Assembly: GCA_964604845.1 (NCBI GenBank)
Contig: CAZSBH010000007.1
Coordinates: forward strand, 13,215 to 77,214
DNA length: 64,000 nt
From: an uncultured Spirochaetaceae bacterium
GTDB taxonomy: Bacteria > Spirochaetota > Spirochaetia > SZUA-6 > DRHE01
Reading direction: 5' to 3'
Positions 50,160 to 58,186 of the stretch are shown here, piece by piece. The notes under the pieces were generated by a model. The model was not told the DNA's origin. It searched no databases and saw only the letters and a program-made list of their open reading frames with translations. Position numbers and translations under genes: made by a program. The stretch's first letter is position 1. Each line of letters begins with the position of its first letter.

Positions 50160-50514
50160 AGTTCTACTCGCTGATGATCTGTACTTCATGCGTATGGTGC
50201 AGAAAGAGGTCTTGGAGGGAAATGGTTATCAGATTGTCGGCGAAGCTTCCACCGGAACTGAAGCGGTTGCCAAATATCAAGAGTTGAATCCGGATATTAT
50301 AGTTCTCGACATTACCATGCCCGAGATGAACGGTCTGGAAGCGATGCGTAGAATACTTGAATTTGATTCCCAAGCCAAGATCATCATCTGCTCGGCGATT
50401 GGGCAGCAGAACCTGATCGTCGATGCAATCAACGCAGGAATCAAGGATTTCATTGTAAAACCCTTTAAACCCGATCGGTTGTTGTCGGCCATTAAGAACG
50501 CCCTGGCGGAATAA
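50149..50514 (+). CDS. cheY: chemotaxis response regulator CheY
   Basis: 121-aa receiver: LLADD, IIVLDITMPEMNG, IIICSA, FIVKPF. Overlaps the cheA end. Confidence 0.9.
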   Translation: MPFRVLLADDLYFMRMVQKEVLEGNGYQIVGEASTGTEAVAKYQELNPDIIVLDITMPEMNGLEAMRRILEFDSQAKIIICSAIGQQNLIVDAINAGIKDFIVKPFKPDRLLSAIKNALAE

Positions 50515-50518
50515 AAAA

Positions 50519-50550
50519 ACGGTATGCCTGGACGTCAGAGAGCATACCGT
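50519..50550 (-). terminator. rho-independent terminator between convergent cheY and the Maf-like gene
   Basis: Stem ACGGTATGC (50519-50527) with GCATACCGT (50542-50550), 14-nt loop. On the minus strand it is followed by the complement of the A-run at 50512-50518 (TTTTTTT). On the plus strand there is no T-tract. Confidence 0.55.
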
Positions 50551-50659
50551 ATGAGGGCCAATTCCTGCGGAAAAGGTACGTCCCTCATTTTATTCTTTCG
50601 GCTGTACAGGAGGGAACTTTAGCCCTATTTGAAGCCCTCAGCATAGGTGGGGGCTCGAT

Positions 50660-52474
50660 CTACAAGCGTTCGAGACTTTTGTGAAGCAGTGCACTGTGGT
50701 AGGAGGCGGAAGCCAGAAGCTCATCGTACAGCTGTCTGGAAGTTGCCAAAGCCTGAACGTAGTTGCGAGGACCCTCGGGATTATCCAGAATTCGGCGGAT
50801 CAACGGCTGGAACAGAAAACCGGCGATTTGACGCGACGCCAGGGAAAGGATGTCCTGATCCACCTTCGACAGACCGGCAATCGCCTCGCCGCTGCCGCAG
50901 TCGCTGTCGCACAGTTCGATCCCCCGCTTGGCCAGATCCTGCAGTTTTTCCAATTCCACGGTCAGGTGCTGCAAGCTTTGCCGGAGCTGTCCGTGCCGGC
51001 TGCCTCTCCCCATTTTCTCACGGCGGAGATCGGAAAGCTCGGCATCGATCCTGCTGCGCCACTTAGGTAGCTCGAAGATTTCCGCCACCTCAACCAACCT
51101 CATCCCGTCGATTGCAATTCCCCCGGCTGCCAGGGTAAATGTCCTGGGCCCGCCGGCCCGGGACTGCTGCTTCATCTGGTTTTCAAACCACCACTTGTAG
51201 ATCAGCATGCGGCGATCGGTCAAGGTTCGCCCGCCTTGATTGTTTACCAGAGCCGTGGGGGCGGCCTGATGCAGATATCTGAATATCATCTGCTCTGCCG
51301 TCGACAGTCTGCAGGAGCAATTGTGCATAGATTCTTCGAAGAATGCCCCCCTGCTGTGAGTCCTTTTTCCGGGGAATCCCAGATCAAGACCGGCCATGTA
51401 GATCGAGGAACAGCCGAGATAGCGACAAATATCCCAGGCTGTAGTGGCCACCGAGCCGCCCGCGCCTATCAACCCTCGTTGCCCGATTATCTCTTCGAGG
51501 AATTTCCCCAGTGGAAAGAAGGAGGAGGCGAACAAGACCATTTCTTCCTCATGTCCTCCACTACGAAAGATGCGTGGGTGGGCGGATGATTCTGACACCA
51601 AAACCGTGTGCTCTCGCTTCAGCCAGTCGAGATGCCGGCTGTTCCAATACTGAGGGTCGACGGAAACAAGAAAATCCGGTTCCACTCCCCAGTTCTTGCA
51701 GAAACGATACGACGTGTCCACCGCCACGATCAGCATGTGTTCCTGCAAGGCTTTGAGATGGGGGAGCACTTCATCGAGGGAAGGTCCCGCGGCTATAACC
51801 ATGGCCGGCACACCGGAGAAGCGGTTTTTCGCCACACTGATTCCGGGACTGCCGGCGAAGTGATCTATATTCCTCAAGAGGTTGCGGACCCACAGCTGCC
51901 CGAAGCGACTCAGGGTGTTGATATTTACTTCCCTCTTGTCAATAGTTGAAAACAGCAGAACCTCGACTTGATGGTAGTACTCACTCCGGGATGCAAGCAG
52001 AGGGCGAAGACGCAGAACACAGAGCTGCTGCAACGGCAAAGCCTCGACGCTCATCATGACGGCTTCCGGCTCGTCTCCCAAGTGCCAGCGGATATTGGGC
52101 AGGGATAGCAGGTTCCTCAGGTCCCGGGCGATCAAAGCCTGGAGGAACAGTCCCGTGTCCTGTTCCACGACGACCAGCGGTTTGCCGGGAAAGGCTTCGC
52201 AGAACGCTTCAACCAGATAGCCGAAACCAAAACCCAAAACAATGCCGGCTGAGGCGGAGGCACCGACCTCCTTTTCCACAATGCGCCGGGCTTCCTTTGC
52301 CGGGTCGTAGCGCGAGTGCAGATAGGTGCCCTGTAGACGGGCCGTAGGAGATCCCGACGGGGTTTCCGCGATCTCGAAGCCGGCTGGGGGTCCGGAGTCT
52401 TCCAGTGCTTTCGCCCGCAGTTCCGGCTGCAGTCGGTAGAGGACCCTGAGATTTTCTGCGCTGTATCCCATCAT
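50660..52474 (-). CDS. Maf-like motility-associated glycosyltransferase family protein (DUF115)
   Basis: LHSRYDPAKEARRIV, VIAAGPSLDEVLPHLKAL...LIVAVDTSYRF...GVEPDFLVSVDPQYW, GAGGSVATTAWDICRYLG...IYMAGLDLGF. The start ATG at 52474 overlaps the PBP stop; the longer track ORF lies inside the PBP gene. Confidence 0.7.
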   Translation of the reverse strand: MMGYSAENLRVLYRLQPELRAKALEDSGPPAGFEIAETPSGSPTARLQGTYLHSRYDPAKEARRIVEKEVGASASAGIVLGFGFGYLVEAFCEAFPGKPLVVVEQDTGLFLQALIARDLRNLLSLPNIRWHLGDEPEAVMMSVEALPLQQLCVLRLRPLLASRSEYYHQVEVLLFSTIDKREVNINTLSRFGQLWVRNLLRNIDHFAGSPGISVAKNRFSGVPAMVIAAGPSLDEVLPHLKALQEHMLIVAVDTSYRFCKNWGVEPDFLVSVDPQYWNSRHLDWLKREHTVLVSESSAHPRIFRSGGHEEEMVLFASSFFPLGKFLEEIIGQRGLIGAGGSVATTAWDICRYLGCSSIYMAGLDLGFPGKRTHSRGAFFEESMHNCSCRLSTAEQMIFRYLHQAAPTALVNNQGGRTLTDRRMLIYKWWFENQMKQQSRAGGPRTFTLAAGGIAIDGMRLVEVAEIFELPKWRSRIDAELSDLRREKMGRGSRHGQLRQSLQHLTVELEKLQDLAKRGIELCDSDCGSGEAIAGLSKVDQDILSLASRQIAGFLFQPLIRRILDNPEGPRNYVQALATSRQLYDELLASASYHSALLHKSLERL

Positions 52475-54351
52475 TCCAAATACAGGGTTATGACCATACC
52501 CGGTTTCAAAGGTGTTCCAGGGGGCGGATCCTGGGCAATGACGTATCCTTCCCCGGACATGTGAACCTCGAAATCTCTCTGCTGAAACAGAGGTAGAAGG
52601 AGCCGTTTTGGCATTCCCAATAGAGCCGGCATTTCGGAATCCACTTGGACCTGTTCGGGTAACAGAATACGTATGCTTCCCGGATGCTCGAAAACAGTAT
52701 CCCCGCTGCGGGGGACGCCGAGATAATCCACCAACCATTCCGCCGTTTCCTTGAATACGGGAGCGGCGATCTGGCTTCCATAGTAGGCGGGTCCTTTTGG
52801 ATAATCGATTACCACATATATAATTAGTCGGGGATCGTCGGTGGGAAAGATTCCGAGATACGAAGCCACAAAGTGGTTTTCCGAATATTCTCCCGTTTCG
52901 GGATCCAGGACTTCCGCAGTTCCCGTCTTTGCCGAAACCCGTACTCCTTCGACCCGGCCTCTTCGGGCGGTTCCCCCATCTTCCGTGGCGGTTTCCATCA
53001 TTTCGAGAACCTCTCGGGCGATGTCCGGCGACAGGACTTCCCGCACCGGTTCACGCTCAAATTCTCTGATGATTTCTCCCTGGGGAGAGACGATTTTCCG
53101 TATGATGTGGGGTTTGAGCAACAGACCATCGTTGGCAAATACCGTAGCGCCTTGGAGTATCTGAAGAGCAGAAACCGAGACCTCCTGACCAAAGGCGATT
53201 GTCGCCTTGCTTCGAGCCGACCACCTACTCGGGTCGGCAAGGATCCCCGCGCTCTCTCCAGGCAGCGGCAAGTCTGTGGGTTTCCCAAAACCATAGCGCA
53301 GCAACATCTCGTAAAAATCGACTTCTTCGACCTGCTCCGAAGCCAGAGCTGCCCCTACGTTGCAGGAGTACTTAAGTATCTTTTGCGCGTCCACCCATCC
53401 ATGGCTGGCTAAATCCCGTATCTCAATTGTCTGTCCATCGGGAAGGTTCATCTCGTAGATCCCGCCGCAAAAGAACTCCTGCTGTCCGTCGAGTCCTCCG
53501 AGCTGGAGGAATGAAGATATCGAAAATATCTTGAACACCGATCCGGGCTCAAAGGCACGGGTCAAAGGGAGATTCTGCAGAGCTCTGCTGTCATACTTGT
53601 TGTACTCGTTCGGATCGAAGTTGGGCACACCGCAGTACCCGAGGATATCCCCGGAGGATGCTTCCATCACCAGGATATCCACGGCATCGGCCTCGTTTTC
53701 TTTGTAGGCTTTCCGAGCGAATCCTTCGATGGCGTGTTGGATGTTGATATCCAGGGTCAGAAACACCTGATTTCCGAGAAATTCCTTTTGGGCCTGGACG
53801 GTACTTACCGCCGGAGGGGAGAGGACGTTGTTGAAGGTATATTCGATCCCGTTCAGTCCCACGTTGTCTACCCCAACGTAGCCGATTATGTGACTGGCCA
53901 GTGCTTGCTCCGGGTAGTTTCGGCCGAACTCAGGGACAAGGTCTATACCTTCCAATCGGCCCTCGTCCTTGAGGGTTTGTATCGTTTCAGATTCGGTGGG
54001 GGTTACCTTGCGCTTTATAAACACGAATCCTGAATTGTTTTCAAGCCGGGAGAGAACGGTGTCGTTCGGGATATCGAGGATTTCTGCCAGAAGTTCCGCC
54101 GAGCCTTGAGGATCACTGACATTGGGTATCCAGGCGGAAACCGAATCCAACCGGGTTGAGATGGCGAGAATTTTCCCGTTCCTATCAAGAACGGGACCGC
54201 GTTCTACAACGGGCAGGGAGATCGATCCCGGTGGTTCATTCTTGGGAGTGAAGATCATCAGCTGCACAAGCCTGCCTACGATCAGCAGGACCAGCGCAGC
54301 GAGAAATAGTACGAAGAAGTACAATCTTCTTCTTTCTTTTCCGTTGCTCAT
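52471..54351 (-). CDS. class B penicillin-binding protein (FtsI/PBP2B-like transpeptidase) with C-terminal PASTA domain
   Basis: N-terminal TM, PBP dimerisation domain, SxxK (GSVFK), SxN (YSCN), KTGT (SAKTGTA), and a C-terminal PASTA-like segment (MPALLGMPKRLL...GYVIAQDPPPGTPLKPGMVITLYL). Start taken as MSNGKERRR. Confidence 0.9.
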   Translation of the reverse strand: MSNGKERRRLYFFVLFLAALVLLIVGRLVQLMIFTPKNEPPGSISLPVVERGPVLDRNGKILAISTRLDSVSAWIPNVSDPQGSAELLAEILDIPNDTVLSRLENNSGFVFIKRKVTPTESETIQTLKDEGRLEGIDLVPEFGRNYPEQALASHIIGYVGVDNVGLNGIEYTFNNVLSPPAVSTVQAQKEFLGNQVFLTLDINIQHAIEGFARKAYKENEADAVDILVMEASSGDILGYCGVPNFDPNEYNKYDSRALQNLPLTRAFEPGSVFKIFSISSFLQLGGLDGQQEFFCGGIYEMNLPDGQTIEIRDLASHGWVDAQKILKYSCNVGAALASEQVEEVDFYEMLLRYGFGKPTDLPLPGESAGILADPSRWSARSKATIAFGQEVSVSALQILQGATVFANDGLLLKPHIIRKIVSPQGEIIREFEREPVREVLSPDIAREVLEMMETATEDGGTARRGRVEGVRVSAKTGTAEVLDPETGEYSENHFVASYLGIFPTDDPRLIIYVVIDYPKGPAYYGSQIAAPVFKETAEWLVDYLGVPRSGDTVFEHPGSIRILLPEQVQVDSEMPALLGMPKRLLLPLFQQRDFEVHMSGEGYVIAQDPPPGTPLKPGMVITLYLE

Positions 54352-54593
54352 ATCGCAATCTTCAATCGCAACCATACAAGGAAGATTGCGATGTCCTCTT
54401 CCAGCAAGCTGTCATCGTAATATCACTGGGAAGGTATACCTCTAAGCCTTATCTGTCGAGGCGTAGAATTCAAGCCCGTTAATATTAATATGGTAGATAA
54501 TTAATGTCGATATTACGATTGAGGACATCACAATCGGAGATTGCGATCTAATGATTGACGACGTCGCAATCTTGGATTGCGATCTAATGATTG
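54352..54593. promoter_or_regulatory. divergent control region with clustered GATTGCGA/TCGCAATC motifs
   Basis: Forward GATTGCGA at 54385, 54539, 54575. Reverse TCGCAATC at 54353 and 54564; variants at 54365 and 54528. 19-bp direct repeat GATTGCGATCTAATGATTG at 54539-54557 and 54575-54593. Palindrome TCGCAATC-TTG-GATTGCGA at 54564-54582. AT-rich core. Confidence 0.5.
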
Positions 54594-55805
54594 TCTAACC
54601 CTATGATTGCAGTGATTGAGCACCAGAGAGTCAAACGCCGAAGAACCACTAACGATCGGCGGGTAGAAACCAAGACCTTAGAGTTCACGTTTCCAGGGAT
54701 CAAGCGGATCCAACCCGCCAAACCCGCTACCTGGCGGGAGGTTCAGGAGATCCGGCGGCCCAAGAGAGAGATCGCTCCCAAAGGCCGGGATGTCCTGCCC
54801 AAGATCGCTTCAAAGGATCACGATCTTTCTCGACGAATCCTTCCAAAAGGCAATCGAGCCAGGACGGTTCTGTTCAAGCGCTTCTCCCGGGTGGATCTGA
54901 TTATGGGGGGGACTTTGATACTGTGCCTTCTCATTCCTCTCGGATTCCGATTGTCCTTTTTAGCTCCTGTCGAAGCGCAGATCGAGCTTCCTGCAAGTGA
55001 AGAAGTGGAGAGCGCCTTGGCGCACTTCCTCATTCCGGAAGGAATTTCAGAAGACACGCTCCGCAATCAGGAAATCATTGACTCTATAGAAACTACGAGT
55101 TATACAGTTCGTGGTGGAGATACGATTTCAGGCATTGCTCAACGCTTCGATTTGGGCATGGATACAGTGATCAGCTTCAACAGCATTCAGGATGTCCGGG
55201 CTTTGAAAGTCGGAACAAACCTGACTATTCCCAATTCCAACGGTTTGAGATACAAGGTGAAGCGGGGAGACTACCTTGGGAGCATCGCCAAAAAGTATGG
55301 GATCGCCCTGAATGAACTGTTGGATTGGAATAATTTGGAAACCTCGGTGATCGTCCCCGGTCAGGAGCTGTTCATTCCCGGCGCACGACTGAGTGAGATG
55401 GAGCGGAATCGGATCTTCGGTCGATTGTTTATTTACCCCACACGGGGTAGGATTACTGATCGATTCGGCATGCGCCACGATCCGTTCACAGGGATTCGAA
55501 GATTTCATAACGGGGTTGATCTGGCCGGTCCGGTCGGTACTCCGGTTAACGCTTCTATGTCAGGAAAGGTGGCCATGTTAGGCTACAACCCCACTTTTGG
55601 AAAGTACATCATCCTAACCCATCCCGACGGTTTTCAGACCCTCTACGGACATCTCGATAGCTTCCGTGTACAGAAGGGAGAGATTGTGAAGCAGGGGCAG
55701 CGGATCGCCGATATGGGCAATTCCGGCTACAGTACTGGCAGCCACCTCCATTTTTCAATCTTTCGTCGAGGAGAGCCGATTGATCCTTTCCAGTACCTCC
55801 ACTAG
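54591..55805 (+). CDS. membrane-anchored LysM (x2) + M23 (LytM) peptidase
   Basis: Basic N-terminus and one TM. Two LysM repeats (YTVRGGDTISGIAQRF.., YKVKRGDYLGSIAKKY..). M23 motifs HNGVD and HLHF intact. Start uncertain: TTG 54591 or ATG 54603, with no clear SD. Confidence 0.85.
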   Translation: MSNPMIAVIEHQRVKRRRTTNDRRVETKTLEFTFPGIKRIQPAKPATWREVQEIRRPKREIAPKGRDVLPKIASKDHDLSRRILPKGNRARTVLFKRFSRVDLIMGGTLILCLLIPLGFRLSFLAPVEAQIELPASEEVESALAHFLIPEGISEDTLRNQEIIDSIETTSYTVRGGDTISGIAQRFDLGMDTVISFNSIQDVRALKVGTNLTIPNSNGLRYKVKRGDYLGSIAKKYGIALNELLDWNNLETSVIVPGQELFIPGARLSEMERNRIFGRLFIYPTRGRITDRFGMRHDPFTGIRRFHNGVDLAGPVGTPVNASMSGKVAMLGYNPTFGKYIILTHPDGFQTLYGHLDSFRVQKGEIVKQGQRIADMGNSGYSTGSHLHFSIFRRGEPIDPFQYLH

Positions 55806-55818
55806 GCTGCTTCGTTCG

Positions 55819-56925
55819 ATGCGCATTCGTGTCATCATGTTCCTAAAGGTATTGCAGAGGCGTTCAACTCGATTCTTGCAGGATCGTATCGTCCTTCCGC
55901 TGAAGGTTTGCTGCGCCTGCTTCCGTCATGCGGTGCAAGTCCTTTTACGGGTGTTCACCTGGGCTTTCTGGAAACTTCATATACGTTTACTGGTTTGTCT
56001 GGCTTTTGTCGTCGTGTCCACCGGTTTGGCGGCCCTCCAAATTTGGAGCGTCCAGGCGGAGAAACAGAGGTTTCTCTACTATCCGGAAGCCTGGGTTTTC
56101 CGCAGCCCTCTGAGAGAAAATCCGCATCCTGCCGATACTATGAATAAGATCTCGGAGACAGAATCGGTTGGTGGCGGGTCTCTAAGTGTGCTACCTATTG
56201 ATATAAAGTTGTACAGGGTACGGGAGGGAGACACGCTGTCCGGCATCGCGGAACGGTTTGGCATGGATCTCGACACGATAGCCTCTCTCAATCGAGAATG
56301 GGGCAGTGGAGTCCATCTGATTCAGATTGATGAAGCCATAAAGATTCCGAATCAGGACGGCATCTATATCGAAATACAAGACGATTTGGATATCCTGTGC
56401 GAGGAGAAGGGTGTTCCCCTAGAAGTGGTTTTTGCGGTTAACGGAGTCGACCGGCAGCAGATTAGTCCCGGGATGGAGCTGTTCTTCCCGGGAGTGCAGC
56501 ATACGGGCATAGAGCGCAGCGTGATTACGGGCAGCGCCTTCCTGAAACCCGTGGCAGGCTGGCTGACCTCGCCTTTTGGCTACCGCAGGGATCCCTTCAC
56601 CGAGGAGATGCACTTTCACAGGGGAATCGACCTGGCGGCTCCAACCGGGACGGCTGTGCGGGCGGCACTGGATGGCAAGGTGATCGCCGTGGGATATGAT
56701 TCGGTGTTGGGGAACTACATCCTGATCCGTCATCAGATCAGTTATTCTTCGTTGTACGGTCACCTCAGCCAGATCTGGGTAAAGAGGGGAAGCACTGTAA
56801 CCCGAGGCCAGCGGATCGGAGCCGTCGGCAACACCGGGAAGTCCACAGGACCGCATTTACATTTTGAAATCCGACGACGGGGTGCACCCATCAACGCCTG
56901 GGGCTTGATCACTTCCCGATATTGA
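55819..56925 (+). CDS. membrane-anchored LysM + M23 (LytM) peptidase, paralogue of the preceding gene
   Basis: TM, one LysM (YRVREGDTLSGIAERF), M23 motifs HRGID and HLHF intact. Start uncertain; the ORF is open from 55780. Confidence 0.85.
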   Translation: MRIRVIMFLKVLQRRSTRFLQDRIVLPLKVCCACFRHAVQVLLRVFTWAFWKLHIRLLVCLAFVVVSTGLAALQIWSVQAEKQRFLYYPEAWVFRSPLRENPHPADTMNKISETESVGGGSLSVLPIDIKLYRVREGDTLSGIAERFGMDLDTIASLNREWGSGVHLIQIDEAIKIPNQDGIYIEIQDDLDILCEEKGVPLEVVFAVNGVDRQQISPGMELFFPGVQHTGIERSVITGSAFLKPVAGWLTSPFGYRRDPFTEEMHFHRGIDLAAPTGTAVRAALDGKVIAVGYDSVLGNYILIRHQISYSSLYGHLSQIWVKRGSTVTRGQRIGAVGNTGKSTGPHLHFEIRRRGAPINAWGLITSRY

Positions 56926-56942
56926 GATTTGAGGGTACTAAC

Positions 56943-58037
56943 GTGAAAAAAATTTTATTTGCAGTAATCGGCCTCCTGGCTCTGTTTACGATTATACGGG
57001 CGTATGCACAGGAAAAAGAAGGGGAAACCCGTTATATCATCCATCCCGGCGTTTTGGAGTTCGAGACAGCCGAAGGCGGCGCCCGCTTGGCCTTTGGGTT
57101 TCTCGAGCGCTCCGAAGAGGAGGGCCCCGGACGAACCTGGAATCTCTTCCCCCTGCGGCTGTCACTGCGAGCGGGTAAGCAGAGCTTCCTCATCGCGATG
57201 AACGGATTGTCTTTCCTGAGTCCGGCGGGAATGAGGATCGGCAGGCCGCTGACGATTCGCGGCGTGAAGCGGGGAGACGTAGTGAGCATCGGTGGTGATG
57301 TTACGGTGGAGGGCACCGTAGAGGGGGATGTGTGGACCCTGGGGGCGGATATCGTTCTGCTCTCCGGCTCCACCGTCGCCGGAGACACGGTGGCTTTGGG
57401 GGGGACCGTAGAGGCGGACAGACGTTCGAAGATAGGGGGCAACAAGCAGTCCCTGCCGAACATCAAGATTCCCTTCCTCAGCCTGCTGAGCTCGGAGCAT
57501 TCCGCGGCGACTTTCCGCTTCATCATGGAAATACTGGGGGTCTGCTTGTTCCTGCTCGTGCTGTTTCTGTTCGTTCATTTCGGGCGGGACCACCTCTCCC
57601 GCCTTGGTGCTTTGCTCACCTCCCGCTGGAAGGAATCTATCCTTTATCTCGTTCTGGCACTGCTGATCATCCCGGTGTTGGTAGCACTGCTGATCGTTTC
57701 GGTGGTGGGCATCCTTATAATCCCCTTCATTGCGGTCCTGCTGATGTTTCTCGCCTACATCGGGTATATAGGTATGGCGGTTCGGTTGGGCCAATGGATG
57801 CGTAAGTCTTCCCCTGAGATCGGACCGGCCGAGGCCTACACGACCGGACTCCTCGGACTGCTGGTACTGAAAGGACCGGTGTTGCTGGGTATCCTGTTTA
57901 CCCTGCTGAGCACAGATTTCTTTCAGGGCATCGGCCGTTTCCTGTCGGTCATTGGAACCATCGCCGTGGCGGCGGCTACACTGTACGGGCTAGGGGGCAT
58001 GTTGCAGTACCTGCGTGCCCGGGCCCGAGGTGCTTGA
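56943..58037 (+). CDS. polytopic membrane protein with bactofilin-like beta-helix repeat segment
   Basis: GTG behind GAGGG. Signal/TM VKKILFAVIGLLALFTIIRAYA. Repeat region GDVVSIGGDVTVEGTVEGDVWTLGADIVLLSGSTVAGDTVALGGTVEA resembles polymer-forming cytoskeletal (DUF583-like) turns. Then about 5-6 TM helices. Confidence 0.55.
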   Translation: MKKILFAVIGLLALFTIIRAYAQEKEGETRYIIHPGVLEFETAEGGARLAFGFLERSEEEGPGRTWNLFPLRLSLRAGKQSFLIAMNGLSFLSPAGMRIGRPLTIRGVKRGDVVSIGGDVTVEGTVEGDVWTLGADIVLLSGSTVAGDTVALGGTVEADRRSKIGGNKQSLPNIKIPFLSLLSSEHSAATFRFIMEILGVCLFLLVLFLFVHFGRDHLSRLGALLTSRWKESILYLVLALLIIPVLVALLIVSVVGILIIPFIAVLLMFLAYIGYIGMAVRLGQWMRKSSPEIGPAEAYTTGLLGLLVLKGPVLLGILFTLLSTDFFQGIGRFLSVIGTIAVAAATLYGLGGMLQYLRARARGA

Positions 58038-58072
58038 TCTAGGTACCTCTCCCTCATCCTATTGCCCCTCTG

Positions 58073-58097
58073 TCTCATTTTATCGAAAAAAATGAGA
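58073..58097 (+). terminator. weak AT-rich hairpin after the M23 operon
   Basis: TCTCATTTT (58073-58081) pairs with AAAATGAGA (58089-58097), followed by TTT. Low predicted stability. Confidence 0.3.
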
Positions 58098-58112
58098 TTT
58101 CCAATTGCAATG

Positions 58113-58126
58113 TGAGAATATTCTCA
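58113..58126. promoter_or_regulatory. perfect 14-bp palindrome, candidate operator upstream of the FAD oxidoreductase gene
   Basis: TGAGAATATTCTCA, flanked by AATGAGAT direct repeats at 58091-58098 and 58131-58138. Lies 61 nt upstream of the ATG at 58187. Confidence 0.35.
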
Positions 58127-58186
58127 TCATAATGAGATGTACAATTTCTGTTCGTGAAAAAACAAAACGATAAAAGGAGTCGCTGT

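Noticed and set aside
54376-54590. Possible riboswitch (for example c-di-AMP ydaO type) ahead of the LysM-M23 peptidase gene
   Set aside because: The region is AT-rich and lacks the conserved GC-rich ACGGGG/CCC pseudo-symmetric cores. Its content is dominated by the short DNA repeat motifs reported above.
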